The notes under the pieces were generated by a model, which worked only from the letters and a program-made list of their open reading frames with translations, ran no database searches and was not told the origin of the DNA. Positions 47,891 through 57,849 of a DNA stretch of 64,000 nt are shown in pieces. Within the stretch, counting starts at the first letter, position 1, and the number at the start of each line of letters is the position of its first letter. The DNA lies in assembly GCA_026195275.1 (NCBI GenBank), contig JAPHQU010000003.1, forward strand, positions 71,852-135,851. The letters are read 5' to 3'. The stretch comes from Minisyncoccota bacterium. Lineage in GTDB: Bacteria > Patescibacteriota > Minisyncoccia > Phycocordibacterales > JABMNX01. A program made the position numbers and the translations under genes.

Positions 47891-49411
47891 ATGTCTTTTT
47901 CACTTTTCTCATTTCTCAACTTCAAGAAAGATACACACGCCGACACGCCGAAAAAAAAGTCTGCGCCACTTTTTCTTTATAACACTCTCTCAAAAGAAAA
48001 AGAGGTCTTCAAGCCGATCCGCCCTCACGAGGTCGGGATGTATAGCTGTGGGCCAACTGTCTACGACTACGCACACATTGGCAATTTACGCACGTACGTG
48101 TTCTCAGACGTACTGCGAAGGGTGCTTGAGTACAACGACTACAAAGTGAAGCATGTTATCAATATTACCGACGTTGGACATCTTACTTCAGACGAAGACG
48201 CGGGCGACGATAAGATGATGCTTGCCCTCGCGCGTGAAGATCTTCCGGCGACGCTCACCAACATGAAAAAAGTTGGGAGCATCTACATGCGCGCGTTCAA
48301 GGATGACCTTAAAGAACTCAACATAAAAACACCATCTGCTTATCCTCGCGCAAGTGAGCATGTGGAGGGACAGATCGCCTTTATCAAGACTCTCGAAGAG
48401 AAAGGCTACACATATACCCTTAAGGATGGCGTATATTTCGATACAGAAAAATTTGCTGCGTACGGCGCACTTGGCGGCATTAGCAAAGAAGAGAGCGAGA
48501 CAATTTCTCGCATCGGTAAAAAAGAAGGTAAGCACCGCCAACAGGACTTCGCGCTTTGGAAGTTCGGGAAGGACACCACCCCCTCTGGGAAACCCCTAGG
48601 ATGGGAGTCGCCGTGGGGCGTAGGCTTCCCGGGCTGGCACATTGAATGTTCCGCCATGTCGACTCAGTACCTCGGCAAACACTTCGATATCCACACAGGC
48701 GGCATCGACCACATCGCGATCCACCACAACAACGAGATTGCGCAGACCGAAGCGATTACCGGCAAGAGATTCGTGAACTATTGGCTCCACTCGGCATTCC
48801 TCACCGTCGATGGTAAAAAGATCTCTAAATCACTCGGCAACACCTACTACCTCCGCCACGTCATTGATCGTGGATTCGCACCTTTTGCGTTTCGCTACTG
48901 GCTTTTGACCGCGCACTACCGTTCAGAGATGAATTTCACCTGGGATGCGATTGAGGGTGCGTACACCGCCCTTGTGAAGCTCCATAAGCAATTCCTTGAT
49001 CTCGGTGCGCGAAACGGCACCATTAACCAAAAATATAGCGCGCGCTTTCGTGAAGCAATCAATGATGACCTCAATACCCCAAAAGCGATTGCGATCCTTT
49101 GGGAGCTCGTGGATGATGACACTGTAGATAAAAAAGACAAACGCATAACCATGCTTGATATGAACCGTGTCTTGGGTATTGGTCTCATTGAATCGTACAA
49201 ACAAATGAAGAATATGCTCGCTGGCGAAACCAAGAAGATAGAGGTCAAGAAAGCGCCCGAAGAAGTTCAAGAGCTGATAAAGGAACGCGAAGAAGCCCGC
49301 GAGAAGAAAGACTGGAGCGCTGCAGATACACTCCGTAAAGAGATCGCAGAGAAAGGATACGATGTCTCCGACACGGAAAAAGGACCTGAGCTGACAAAAC
49401 GTTCTGCATAG
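47891..49411 (+). CDS. cysS: Cysteinyl-tRNA synthetase (with about 30-aa N-terminal extension)
   Basis: CGPTVYDYAHIGN (HIGH), KISKSLGN (KMSKS) and zinc-binding Cys/His residues. Confidence 0.92.
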   Translation: MSFSLFSFLNFKKDTHADTPKKKSAPLFLYNTLSKEKEVFKPIRPHEVGMYSCGPTVYDYAHIGNLRTYVFSDVLRRVLEYNDYKVKHVINITDVGHLTSDEDAGDDKMMLALAREDLPATLTNMKKVGSIYMRAFKDDLKELNIKTPSAYPRASEHVEGQIAFIKTLEEKGYTYTLKDGVYFDTEKFAAYGALGGISKEESETISRIGKKEGKHRQQDFALWKFGKDTTPSGKPLGWESPWGVGFPGWHIECSAMSTQYLGKHFDIHTGGIDHIAIHHNNEIAQTEAITGKRFVNYWLHSAFLTVDGKKISKSLGNTYYLRHVIDRGFAPFAFRYWLLTAHYRSEMNFTWDAIEGAYTALVKLHKQFLDLGARNGTINQKYSARFREAINDDLNTPKAIAILWELVDDDTVDKKDKRITMLDMNRVLGIGLIESYKQMKNMLAGETKKIEVKKAPEEVQELIKEREEAREKKDWSAADTLRKEIAEKGYDVSDTEKGPELTKRSA

Positions 49412-49455
49412 GTTACTATCTTCCCAGACCCATTGGAGGATTAAAGGAGGATGCA

Positions 49456-49851
49456 ATGTCCTTAAGAACTGACAGGTTAAAAACTGACAGGCTCCACGCC
49501 TTAGCTTGGACCCTTATTATATTGGTCATGTCGGTCGGATTGGGGTTGACCACCTCTCTCATTGTTCCGGCACTTAACGTGTGGGGACATATCTTCTTTA
49601 CGCTAGTCTTTTTTGGAATCCCGGCCCATCTGATGAGGCACCGTTACTATGGGCGTGTCGTCGTCTATGCGGGCATGGAAAGCGGCCCGCTAATCGCACT
49701 GGGGATACCTTTCCTGATATGGCCCTTTGCCTATCTCTTCCTCGGACAGTTGATCTGGTGGGGGGGGGTTCTGGTGGCGATTCTGTTCATTATGCTGGGT
49801 ATTTTCTTCGTATACAAAGGTCTCTTGGAGGGGCCTATCTACGGATGGTAG
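49456..49851 (+). CDS. Hypothetical polytopic membrane protein
   Basis: 131 aa with about 4 TM helices. An AAGGAGG RBS lies 6 nt upstream. Confidence 0.55.
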   Translation: MSLRTDRLKTDRLHALAWTLIILVMSVGLGLTTSLIVPALNVWGHIFFTLVFFGIPAHLMRHRYYGRVVVYAGMESGPLIALGIPFLIWPFAYLFLGQLIWWGGVLVAILFIMLGIFFVYKGLLEGPIYGW

Positions 49852-49880
49852 AACACAATCCCCAGGTAAGTCACATAAAG

Positions 49881-49909
49881 CGCAGGATAGCAATATCCTG
49901 CGTTTTTTT
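49881..49909 (+). terminator. Rho-independent terminator
   Basis: Stem cgcaggata/tatcctgcg with loop gcaa, followed by ttttttt. Confidence 0.8.
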
Positions 49910-49930
49910 GTGTGTGATAAGATAATCCTA

Positions 49931-51304
49931 ATGGCAAAAGAACTCAGACTCCCCCCACAAGACATTGATGCTGAAAAGGCACTCCTTGGATCAATCATGC
50001 TGAAGCCTGAGGCGATGCATGAGATCGTAGATTTGGTACGCCCGGAAGCATTTTACAGTGAGAAGCACCGCATCATCTACACAAACATGAATGAGCTTCT
50101 CGAGAAGAATGAGCCAATCGACATCCTCTCTCTCTCAAGTAAATTAAAAGAAAAGAAACAGCTCGATTCAGTTGGCGGTGGCTCCTACCTCAGTGAGCTG
50201 GTCAATTTCGTGCCGTCTGCAGCAAACATCAAACACTATGCGGACATAGTGCAGAAGAAGGCAATGATGCGTAACCTTATTGGCGCAGCAGACCATATTA
50301 GCGAACTTGGCTATGAAGAAAGTAACGATATTGAATACGTACTCGATAGCGCACAATCAAAGATCCTTGAGGTAACTAACTCCCCCACACTCCAGAAATT
50401 CGTCGAGATCAAGGATACCCTTGCCGAAGCATGGGAGCGCCTTGAACACCTCCACCGGTCGAAAGATGAGATACGAGGTGTCAGGAGTGGTTTCCGAGCG
50501 CTCGATGATCTTCTCGCCGGATTCCAGAAATCAGACCTCGTCATCCTCGCCGCGCGTCCGTCAATGGGGAAAACCTCACTCGCTCTTGATATCGCCCGAC
50601 AAGCGGCGGTCCACCACAAGGTGCCGGTGGGTATCTTCTCACTTGAGATGAGCTCACAGCAGCTCGTTGACCGCATGCTCGCGGCTGAGTCACACGTCAA
50701 TGCCTGGAAGCTCCGCACCGGAAAACTCTCCACTGATGAAGAGTTCGACAAGATCCAAGAAGCACTCGGCACCCTCTCGCAGGCGCCGATTTATATCGAT
50801 GATAAGTCTTCAAGCAACGTTCTTCAGATGCGCGCAATCGCACGCCGCCTCAAGCATGAAAAAGGGCTCGGGCTCGTCATTATCGACTATCTCCAGCTCA
50901 TTATGCCGACCAACTCGCGCAACTCAGACTCTATGGTTCAGCAAGTAACCGAAATCTCACGCGCACTTAAAGGAATGGCACGCGAGCTTGATGTGCCGGT
51001 TATTGCACTCTCTCAGCTCTCGCGTGCAGTTGAACAACGCCGTGGTAAGCCTCGTCTCTCCGATCTCCGCGACTCCGGGTCGATTGAGCAGGACGCCGAC
51101 GTGGTCATGTTCATCCACCGCGATGACCGGATGAATGAGAATTCAGACCGCCCAAACATTGCCGAGATCCTTGTTGAGAAGCATCGAAATGGTCCTGTCG
51201 GCAGTGTTGAGCTCTACTTCGATGACAGACGATCGACTTTCCTCTCAATCGATAAGAGCGACTTCCATGGTGCAGAATCATCAACAAACACGGACGATTT
51301 CTAG
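49931..51304 (+). CDS. dnaB: Replicative DNA helicase DnaB
   Basis: An N-terminal DnaB domain (DAEKALLGSIM). Walker A ARPSMGKTS, then LVIIDYLQLI and RecA-fold motifs. Confidence 0.93.
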   Translation: MAKELRLPPQDIDAEKALLGSIMLKPEAMHEIVDLVRPEAFYSEKHRIIYTNMNELLEKNEPIDILSLSSKLKEKKQLDSVGGGSYLSELVNFVPSAANIKHYADIVQKKAMMRNLIGAADHISELGYEESNDIEYVLDSAQSKILEVTNSPTLQKFVEIKDTLAEAWERLEHLHRSKDEIRGVRSGFRALDDLLAGFQKSDLVILAARPSMGKTSLALDIARQAAVHHKVPVGIFSLEMSSQQLVDRMLAAESHVNAWKLRTGKLSTDEEFDKIQEALGTLSQAPIYIDDKSSSNVLQMRAIARRLKHEKGLGLVIIDYLQLIMPTNSRNSDSMVQQVTEISRALKGMARELDVPVIALSQLSRAVEQRRGKPRLSDLRDSGSIEQDADVVMFIHRDDRMNENSDRPNIAEILVEKHRNGPVGSVELYFDDRRSTFLSIDKSDFHGAESSTNTDDF

Positions 51305-51315
51305 ACGCAGTCTCT

Positions 51316-51924
51316 ATGAATACTATTCACAAACTAACCCAGCTTTTTACACGCTTTCCGGGGATTGGTCCGCGCCAGGCCGGCCGTTTTGTCTATTTTC
51401 TACTCGCCTCCCCGCAGAGTTATCGCAATGAGCTCGTTGAATTAATACGAACACTCAAAGAAGAAACGAAAGTCTGCCCCTCGTGTATGCGTTTTCACTC
51501 GGGTCAGGGCGAATTATGCACGGTGTGTGCCGACTCAAGTCGCGATGCATCATCCCTCATGCTCGTTGAGAAGGATGTTGACCTCGACAATATAGAACGA
51601 ACCGGCAGCTACACCGGCCGCTACTTTGTAATTGGTGGCACCGTCCCGATACTCGACAAGACACCTGAGCGCTCAATTCGAGAGAAGGAACTCCTTGAGG
51701 TGGTGAAGGAACGCACCGGAGAGGGACTTAAAGAGATTATTCTCGCGTTCTCAGTAAATGCCGAAGGAGAGAACACCGTGAATCACGTGCGGAGACTGCT
51801 CACTCCCCTGCTTCAGCAGCACAAGATAAGACTCTCGACTCTTGGACGCGGCCTCTCCACCGGTTCTGAGCTTGAATACTCAGATAGCGAGACCATCAAA
51901 AGCGCACTCAAGAATCGTGCTTAG
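51316..51924 (+). CDS. recR: Recombination protein RecR
   Basis: FPGIGPRQAGRF HhH motif, a C4 zinc finger (CPSC...CTVC) and a Toprim domain. Confidence 0.92.
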   Translation: MNTIHKLTQLFTRFPGIGPRQAGRFVYFLLASPQSYRNELVELIRTLKEETKVCPSCMRFHSGQGELCTVCADSSRDASSLMLVEKDVDLDNIERTGSYTGRYFVIGGTVPILDKTPERSIREKELLEVVKERTGEGLKEIILAFSVNAEGENTVNHVRRLLTPLLQQHKIRLSTLGRGLSTGSELEYSDSETIKSALKNRA

Positions 51925-51972
51925 AAAAACATTGAAGCCTCCTGCTCTATGTTATAGTAAAATCAATTACAA

Positions 51973-52422
51973 ATGAATGAACTATTAATAATTCAGACAA
52001 TCCTAGTTGCTGCGGCCATTATATCTGCCGTGGTGGCCGTAGCTGCTTGGCTTCAAAACAGACAAGTTATTCGCCTGGCAAATACCCCGATATTAATCCC
52101 AACTTTCAGGAGGGAGAGGAATGGAGAAAATGAAAATGTAAGAGTTAGAATAAACAACAATCATGACAGGGGTATAGCCCAGCATGTTAGTGTTAGGATT
52201 TTTGGTGGCAAGCTTACTCGAGAAGAATCAAAGACTGATGAGTTTCTTGCTCCAGGCTATGGAACCGACATTTATATACTAGCGGGTAATCCAGACGGTT
52301 GCCGATTTGAAGTGAAATACCAAAACATCTTTAAGCAAGAAGTACAAGTTTGTGGATCCGTCCATGAGGTGACAAGAGGACATTTTGACCTTCAGAGTAT
52401 CAATTTCCTGATAGATTTCTAA
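51973..52422 (+). CDS. Hypothetical protein with N-terminal TM helix; compositionally AT-rich
   Basis: 149 aa. The local GC is visibly lower than the flanks, with many AGA, ATA and TTA codons. No homology was recognised. Confidence 0.45.
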   Translation: MNELLIIQTILVAAAIISAVVAVAAWLQNRQVIRLANTPILIPTFRRERNGENENVRVRINNNHDRGIAQHVSVRIFGGKLTREESKTDEFLAPGYGTDIYILAGNPDGCRFEVKYQNIFKQEVQVCGSVHEVTRGHFDLQSINFLIDF

Positions 52423-52441
52423 ACAATTACTCCTTATTATT

Positions 52442-52475
52442 AAAAAACCGCCCCTCGGGGCGGTTTTTTCTTTCT
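52442..52475 (+). terminator. Bidirectional rho-independent terminator
   Basis: aaaaaaccgcccc-tc-ggggcggtttttt. It is a near-copy of the terminator at 42106. Confidence 0.8.
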
Positions 52476-52478
52476 CTA

Positions 52479-52919
52479 TTACTTAAGCGCGTCAATGCGT
52501 ACTTTTGCGTATGGTTGACGGTGTCCGTACTTTCTCATGTATCGGCTCTTTGATTTGAACTTGATGACGTTGATCTTCTTTGCTTTCCCCTCTTCAACAA
52601 ATGACGCGGTAACCTTCGCCCCATCGATATAAGGAGTACCGACAGTCGTCATGTCTTTACCATTGTCTACCAAGAGCACGTTCTCAAATACAATCTTGTC
52701 CCCTTCTTTGTGCTCTGCGGGAAGCTTTTCAATAGTGAGAACATCACCAACAGAGACCACATACTGCTTGCCGCCGGTCTCAATCACCGCGAATTCCCCA
52801 GTATCTGGAGTGTTTTTCACGGGCGCCTGCTTGGCTGGAGCTGCTTTCTTTTCAGCCTCCTTTGCGTCCTTCTTTGGCGCTCGCTTTGTCTCTTTTTCTG
52901 TTACTTTCTCAGCTGTCAT
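52479..52919 (-). CDS. rplU: 50S ribosomal protein L21 with Lys/Ala/Glu-rich N-terminal extension
   Basis: ...FAVIETGGKQYVVSVGDVLTIEKL... is the L21 core. The start is chosen at MTAEK inside a longer ORF. Confidence 0.88.
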   Translation of the reverse strand: MTAEKVTEKETKRAPKKDAKEAEKKAAPAKQAPVKNTPDTGEFAVIETGGKQYVVSVGDVLTIEKLPAEHKEGDKIVFENVLLVDNGKDMTTVGTPYIDGAKVTASFVEEGKAKKINVIKFKSKSRYMRKYGHRQPYAKVRIDALK

Positions 52920-53083
52920 AGTGGTGGCTATAATACCCAAAAACCGCCAAAAAAGCAACACTTCCCGATACCACCGGAGCCCTTTGCACCACCAATCTGC
53001 ATCTCAAATCTTAACGTCGACGTCAAAAACAAAAACGCCAGGCACACCTGGCGTTTCTCTGAATGTGGCGCTCCTCAGCCATA

Positions 53084-53115
53084 AAAAACGCCAACCTGAG
53101 GTTGGCGTTTTTTGT
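53084..53115 (+). terminator. Bidirectional terminator hairpin downstream of rmuC
   Basis: aaaaaacgccaacc-tga-ggttggcgtttttt. A second hairpin lies at 53035-53056. Confidence 0.7.
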
Positions 53116-53149
53116 AGGTGCCAAAGGGGCCAAGAGTGCGTAGTGGAGA

Positions 53150-54244
53150 CTAATCCTCCTTCTCCGGCCTCCCTACCCCAAGCGCTTCGATGCCAACATC
53201 CGAGCCGGTGATGCGGAGTACGTCCTTGTCGATCTTACCCAGCTCCTTCTGTGCGCTGTTGTAGTGGTTCACGGTTGTCCCCAGTGAATTGCCAAGCTTC
53301 TTGAAGTACTCATCATACGCCTTGAGGTGTCGTGAGAGGTCTTCCACCTGCTTACCAATCTGTTTTGCGGACTCCTCTACCTTGAACGCACGGAAACCGT
53401 AAAGTACCGACTGGAGGTACGCCGCAAATGTTGTCGGCGAGACGATGATTACGTTCTTGTCTTTGTATGCATAGTCGATGAGCGAGCGGGTATTTACCTT
53501 AACTGAACCGACCTCGTTAACCAAAAGATCGTAGTAGATTGCCTCAGCAGGTATGTACATGAACGCAAACGGGAGTGTGCCGTCTTTAGGGCGAATATAT
53601 TTCGCAGTCTCGTCAATTCGCTTCTTAAGATCATTCTTAAATTCTCTCTCAAGCACCTCACGTTGCACATCATCAGTCTCATCCGCAAGCCGGCGATAAT
53701 TGTCGAGTGAGAACTTCGCATCAATCGGAATAAGTCCATCTTTCGTCTCAATGACCGCATCCACGGTCTCCCCTCCCGGGAATTGGTACTGTGTCTTATA
53801 CGCGGTTGCAGGCAGAATATTCTCAAGCGCGAGCTGAAGCGATGCTTCGCCGAGGTTGCCGCGCTGTTTCTGGTTTTTGAGCACCTTCTCGAGGTTCTGA
53901 AGTTGCTCGGCAACAGTGAAGACTTGTTTGGAGGATTCTGAGACCTCAGTCACTCCTTTCACAACACTCATAAGCCGCTCACTGACTTCTTTATTGATAT
54001 CGCGCATCAACCGCTGACTCTCGGTGAATTGGGTCTTCACCGACTCACGCATGGTCTCGGTGCCTTCACCGAGCTTGCGGTCCATAGTATTGCGAAGCTC
54101 CTGGAGCTCGCGTTGCATAAGGAGGATACCCTCGCGCTCGCCCGCCCCGTCATTTTTTTTACCTTTTAAAATGAACCACAAGATAAAGGCATTGAATATT
54201 ACAACGATGAAAATGAGAAATGCGAGAGCGGTGAAGTCGATCAT
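53150..54244 (-). CDS. rmuC: DNA recombination protein RmuC
   Basis: N-terminal TM helix, a long coiled-coil and the RmuC C-terminal domain (...FAFMYIPAEAIYYDLL...). Confidence 0.8.
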   Translation of the reverse strand: MIDFTALAFLIFIVVIFNAFILWFILKGKKNDGAGEREGILLMQRELQELRNTMDRKLGEGTETMRESVKTQFTESQRLMRDINKEVSERLMSVVKGVTEVSESSKQVFTVAEQLQNLEKVLKNQKQRGNLGEASLQLALENILPATAYKTQYQFPGGETVDAVIETKDGLIPIDAKFSLDNYRRLADETDDVQREVLEREFKNDLKKRIDETAKYIRPKDGTLPFAFMYIPAEAIYYDLLVNEVGSVKVNTRSLIDYAYKDKNVIIVSPTTFAAYLQSVLYGFRAFKVEESAKQIGKQVEDLSRHLKAYDEYFKKLGNSLGTTVNHYNSAQKELGKIDKDVLRITGSDVGIEALGVGRPEKED

Positions 54245-54256
54245 GTGCTCATTCTA

Positions 54257-56944
54257 TCACCCTCTCTTGCGCCGCTCAAACAAGAAATATTTGGTGGTTT
54301 CAATAACAAGAAGGTTGAACAGGCCGACTCCCACAAGAGCTATCCACTCAAAAAGTGATAGCGGAACGAGCGAGAGGAGCTTCTGAAGCGGTGGCAGCGT
54401 TGCCGCACCAACGAGGAGTACGGTACTTACGATAAGCGCACGAAAGAGGTACGTATTGCTAAAGAGACGTATCTTCCAGATCGGATAATGCAGGTTCTTG
54501 AACGAGAAGGCAAAGAATATCGAATCAAGTGACAATGCAATAAACATGAAGGTGCGCACCTCATCAATAGGAAGGTTAAGCGAGAGCAAGAAGAAGTAGA
54601 GCGCGACCAAGAAGACACTGGTAACAACTGCAATGATGGCGATCAACTCTTTTACCCGAGTGGTAAGGATTCGTTTCGAAAGATTATCGCGTGGATCGCG
54701 ACGCATAACACCTCGCTCAGCACCCTCAAACGCAAACGCAAAACTCATGAAGCCTTCCTCGACAATATTTGCCCAAAGGATCTGCCCTGGCAAAAATGGA
54801 AGCGGTGCACCAACAGCGAGCGCACTTCCGATTACAATAATCTCACTAAACCCGGTTGAGAGCAGGTATGAAACGATCTTCTTAAGATTATCAATAATCC
54901 GCCGCCCTTCTTTGATCGCACCCGTAATAATCGAAAAACTATTATTGATCAATACAATGTCACTCGCTGCCTTTGCCACCTCAGTGCCACTTCCAACCGC
55001 AATGCCGATATCCGCGCTCATAAGCGCTGGTGCGTCATTTACCCCATCACCGGTCATCGCAACCACCTCACCGTGGTCCTTGAGGACGCGGGTGATATGC
55101 AGCTTGTGTTCAGGGAGTACGCGCGCGAAGATCGGCGTATGCATAACCGCATCGTACAATTCTTCGTCAGAAAGCCGTTCAATGTCACTGCCGGTAAGTA
55201 CCCCGCTCTCCTCGTCGGCTATCCCGGTCTCAAGCGCAATTTGCCGCGCGGTCTTTGCGTTGTCTCCCGTTACCATAACCACCCGCACACCAGCACTACG
55301 CACTTCGCGGATTGACTCGGCAACGTCGGCACGTACCGGGTCGGAAAAAGCGATCAGACCAATAAACACAAGACCCTGTAAGACCGCTTCATCCGGATCA
55401 TTGGTCGGAATCACATCAAACCCAACATCTCGCTTAGCAAGCGCAATAAATCGATACCCGTCAGCACTCATTGATTGCTGCCAGCGCATAAACCGCTCTC
55501 TTGACTCAGGAGTGAGGCGACGCGACTTCCCTTCATAGAGCAGGTGTGTTGACCGCTCCAAGAGCGGCTCCGGTGCGCCACTTACATACAAGACGTTCGA
55601 CGTCTTCCCTTCTCCGCTATGAAGAGACGCCGCAAAACGCCGCCGTGACTCAAACTGCAAAAAATCAAGTCGCGGCGATTCTCGGAAAATACCCTCTTGC
55701 AAGATGCCCACATCTACTCCGGCAGACACGAGCGCTTTCTCTACAGGTCGACCGTGGATGATAATCTGCTCTTCCTCCTCTTCCCCGGCAGACCCTTCAC
55801 GTCGCTCGATAAATGCATCAGATGCCAATATGGCTGACCTAAGGAGGGTGTAATTATCTCCAATCGAATCTGTGTTCTTGTGGTCCATCCCCTCAAGAGT
55901 ATAGAGACCACTCACACTCATCTTCGCCTCAGTGAGCGTCCCTGTCTTGTCGGTAAGAATGATCGTTGTTGAACCCAATGTCTCGGCAGCAAGGAGATTA
56001 CGCACCAGACCACCCCGCTTCAAGATTGATTCCATACCGACCGCAAGCACAACAGTAACCGCTGCCGGCAACCCCTCAGGCATTGAGGCGATCGCAATCG
56101 CGACTGTGATCAGGAGCATGTCGACAATCGTCTCTCCGTGGAATACCCCAAGGAGAAAGATGAGCGCTGTCGCGCCAAGGATCACATACAAGAGGAAACG
56201 AGCGATGTACCGGACATTCTGCTGTAGCGGCGTACGACGAACCTCAACCAACTGGAGTCCTGAGGCAATACCACCAACTTCGGTCTCGTCTCCAGTCTTG
56301 ACCACAACCCCCGTTCCATAACCGGAAGCGACGAGTGTTCCCATCCACACCATATTGTCCCGCTCAGCAAGAGGTGTCGCTTCCTTGTGGATTTGACCGG
56401 CATCCTTTCGCACAGAAACCCATTCCCCCGTAAGCGCCGCCTCGTTCATATACATGTCCCGGTCATGTATCAGGCGCATGTCAGCGGGAGCGGACATGCC
56501 ACCTTCCAGAATCACCACGTCCCCAGGAACAATACTGATTGCGGGGACGACCATGCGCCGTCCGTCACGCAACACGGTTGCTTCTTTGCTTTGTGATGCG
56601 TTGAGCTTGTTGAATGCCTGCGACGCACGACGCTCCTGAAGAGTTCCCACGGCAACATTTATGAAAAGCGCCACCACGATGACGAGCGCATCAAGATACT
56701 CTCGCAAAAAGAGCGTGAGGAGCCCCGCCACAAGCAAGATAAAGACCAACGGGTTCCCAAACTGATTCAACATCAAGCCAAAGACTCCACGCACTTTCTC
56801 CTGGGTCAGTTTGTTCTCCCCGTAGGAGATAGTGCGAGAAGAAACTGTTCCCGCCGAAAGGCCCTGGTTGCGATCAGTTTGGAGTATCTGTAGGACCTCT
56901 TCTTCAGAGAGTGTGTGCCACTGGTGTGACGAGTTGTTTTTCAT
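54257..56944 (-). CDS. P-type II cation-transporting ATPase (Ca2+-ATPase-like)
   Basis: Cation_ATPase_N-like N-terminus, then the DKTGTLT phosphorylation site, MVTGDNAKTA, GDGVNDAPAL and 10 TM helices. It is 895 aa long. Confidence 0.88.
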   Translation of the reverse strand: MKNNSSHQWHTLSEEEVLQILQTDRNQGLSAGTVSSRTISYGENKLTQEKVRGVFGLMLNQFGNPLVFILLVAGLLTLFLREYLDALVIVVALFINVAVGTLQERRASQAFNKLNASQSKEATVLRDGRRMVVPAISIVPGDVVILEGGMSAPADMRLIHDRDMYMNEAALTGEWVSVRKDAGQIHKEATPLAERDNMVWMGTLVASGYGTGVVVKTGDETEVGGIASGLQLVEVRRTPLQQNVRYIARFLLYVILGATALIFLLGVFHGETIVDMLLITVAIAIASMPEGLPAAVTVVLAVGMESILKRGGLVRNLLAAETLGSTTIILTDKTGTLTEAKMSVSGLYTLEGMDHKNTDSIGDNYTLLRSAILASDAFIERREGSAGEEEEEQIIIHGRPVEKALVSAGVDVGILQEGIFRESPRLDFLQFESRRRFAASLHSGEGKTSNVLYVSGAPEPLLERSTHLLYEGKSRRLTPESRERFMRWQQSMSADGYRFIALAKRDVGFDVIPTNDPDEAVLQGLVFIGLIAFSDPVRADVAESIREVRSAGVRVVMVTGDNAKTARQIALETGIADEESGVLTGSDIERLSDEELYDAVMHTPIFARVLPEHKLHITRVLKDHGEVVAMTGDGVNDAPALMSADIGIAVGSGTEVAKAASDIVLINNSFSIITGAIKEGRRIIDNLKKIVSYLLSTGFSEIIVIGSALAVGAPLPFLPGQILWANIVEEGFMSFAFAFEGAERGVMRRDPRDNLSKRILTTRVKELIAIIAVVTSVFLVALYFFLLSLNLPIDEVRTFMFIALSLDSIFFAFSFKNLHYPIWKIRLFSNTYLFRALIVSTVLLVGAATLPPLQKLLSLVPLSLFEWIALVGVGLFNLLVIETTKYFLFERRKRG

Positions 56945-57007
56945 TGCCTCTTCAGTATATCAAAACTATCATTGAATATGCGGCACAAACTGTTAAAATA
57001 GAATCAT

Positions 57008-57460
57008 ATGTTATCTCAAGATATCCGAAGTGAATTGACTGTAGCAATGAAAGCGCGCGATGAGGTCCGTCTGCGAGTTCTTCGTGGACTTCTTGCAGCG
57101 TTCACCAACGAGCTTGTCGCAAAAAAACAGAAGCCGGACGCGCAGATCTCTGACGACGACGCACTCGCGGTTATTAAGCGCGCAGTAAAGCAGCGACAAG
57201 ATTCTATCGAGCAATTTGAAAAAGGCGGTCGTGCTGATCTTGCGGATGTTGAGCGTGCTGAGCTCGAGATACTTGAAGCCTACCTCCCTGAGACAATGAG
57301 CAAAGACGCAATCGAGGAAGTCGCCCGCGCTAAGAAAGAAGAACTTGGGGTCAGCGATAAATCAAAGATGGGTATCCTTATGGGGGCGGTCATGGCAGAG
57401 CTCAAGGGCAAAGTAGACGGCAAAGACGTCAAAGATGTCGTGGAAAGCATTCTCGCGTAG
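57008..57460 (+). CDS. GatB/YqeY domain protein
   Basis: The 150-aa ...RLRVLRGLLAAF...EQFEKGGRADLADVERAELEILEAYLP... is typical of the YqeY family. Confidence 0.8.
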   Translation: MLSQDIRSELTVAMKARDEVRLRVLRGLLAAFTNELVAKKQKPDAQISDDDALAVIKRAVKQRQDSIEQFEKGGRADLADVERAELEILEAYLPETMSKDAIEEVARAKKEELGVSDKSKMGILMGAVMAELKGKVDGKDVKDVVESILA

Positions 57461-57461
57461 G

Positions 57462-57491
57462 TTGACAAAACTTATTTTTGTGTAGTATAAT
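57462..57491 (+). promoter_or_regulatory. Near-consensus sigma-70 promoter TTGACA-N18-TATAAT
   Basis: -35 at 57462-57467 and -10 at 57486-57491, about 32 nt upstream of the ATG at 57523. Confidence 0.55.
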
Positions 57492-57522
57492 TATAGTAGA
57501 TTAACATTGTGGGAGACCGACA

Positions 57523-57741
57523 ATGGACGAACACATTCTAGAAGAGGCATGTAAGCTCATCGAAACCATGGGCTACACACCGGAGGACGCTGCGAAGAAG
57601 GTGGTAGATACGGACCTTCCCGAATCCGCACGGGAGATACTGATGAGGGAGGTCGTAGAACACCCGAACACACAGCGGGCTCACAGAAAACTTGAAGAGG
57701 CTCGGGAAGCATATAAATCTCTTTCGCGTCGCTTCGGATAA
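57523..57741 (+). CDS. Hypothetical small protein (72 aa)
   Basis: A consensus promoter lies upstream, with a GGGAG RBS-like motif and a long hairpin plus T-run terminator downstream (57743-57805). Confidence 0.5.
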   Translation: MDEHILEEACKLIETMGYTPEDAAKKVVDTDLPESAREILMREVVEHPNTQRAHRKLEEAREAYKSLSRRFG

Positions 57742-57849
57742 GCAAGCAGTTTCTGAGCAACACCATGTGGTGTCAGCAGAGACTGCTTTTCTTTTTTGTT
57801 TGTTGTGTATAGAATCAAAGACAGACACAACTGAAACACGGAGGTCTCA

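Noticed and set aside
54633-55538. 301-aa plus-strand ORF
   Set aside because: It is antisense inside the P-type ATPase gene, is Ser/Arg-rich and has no motifs.
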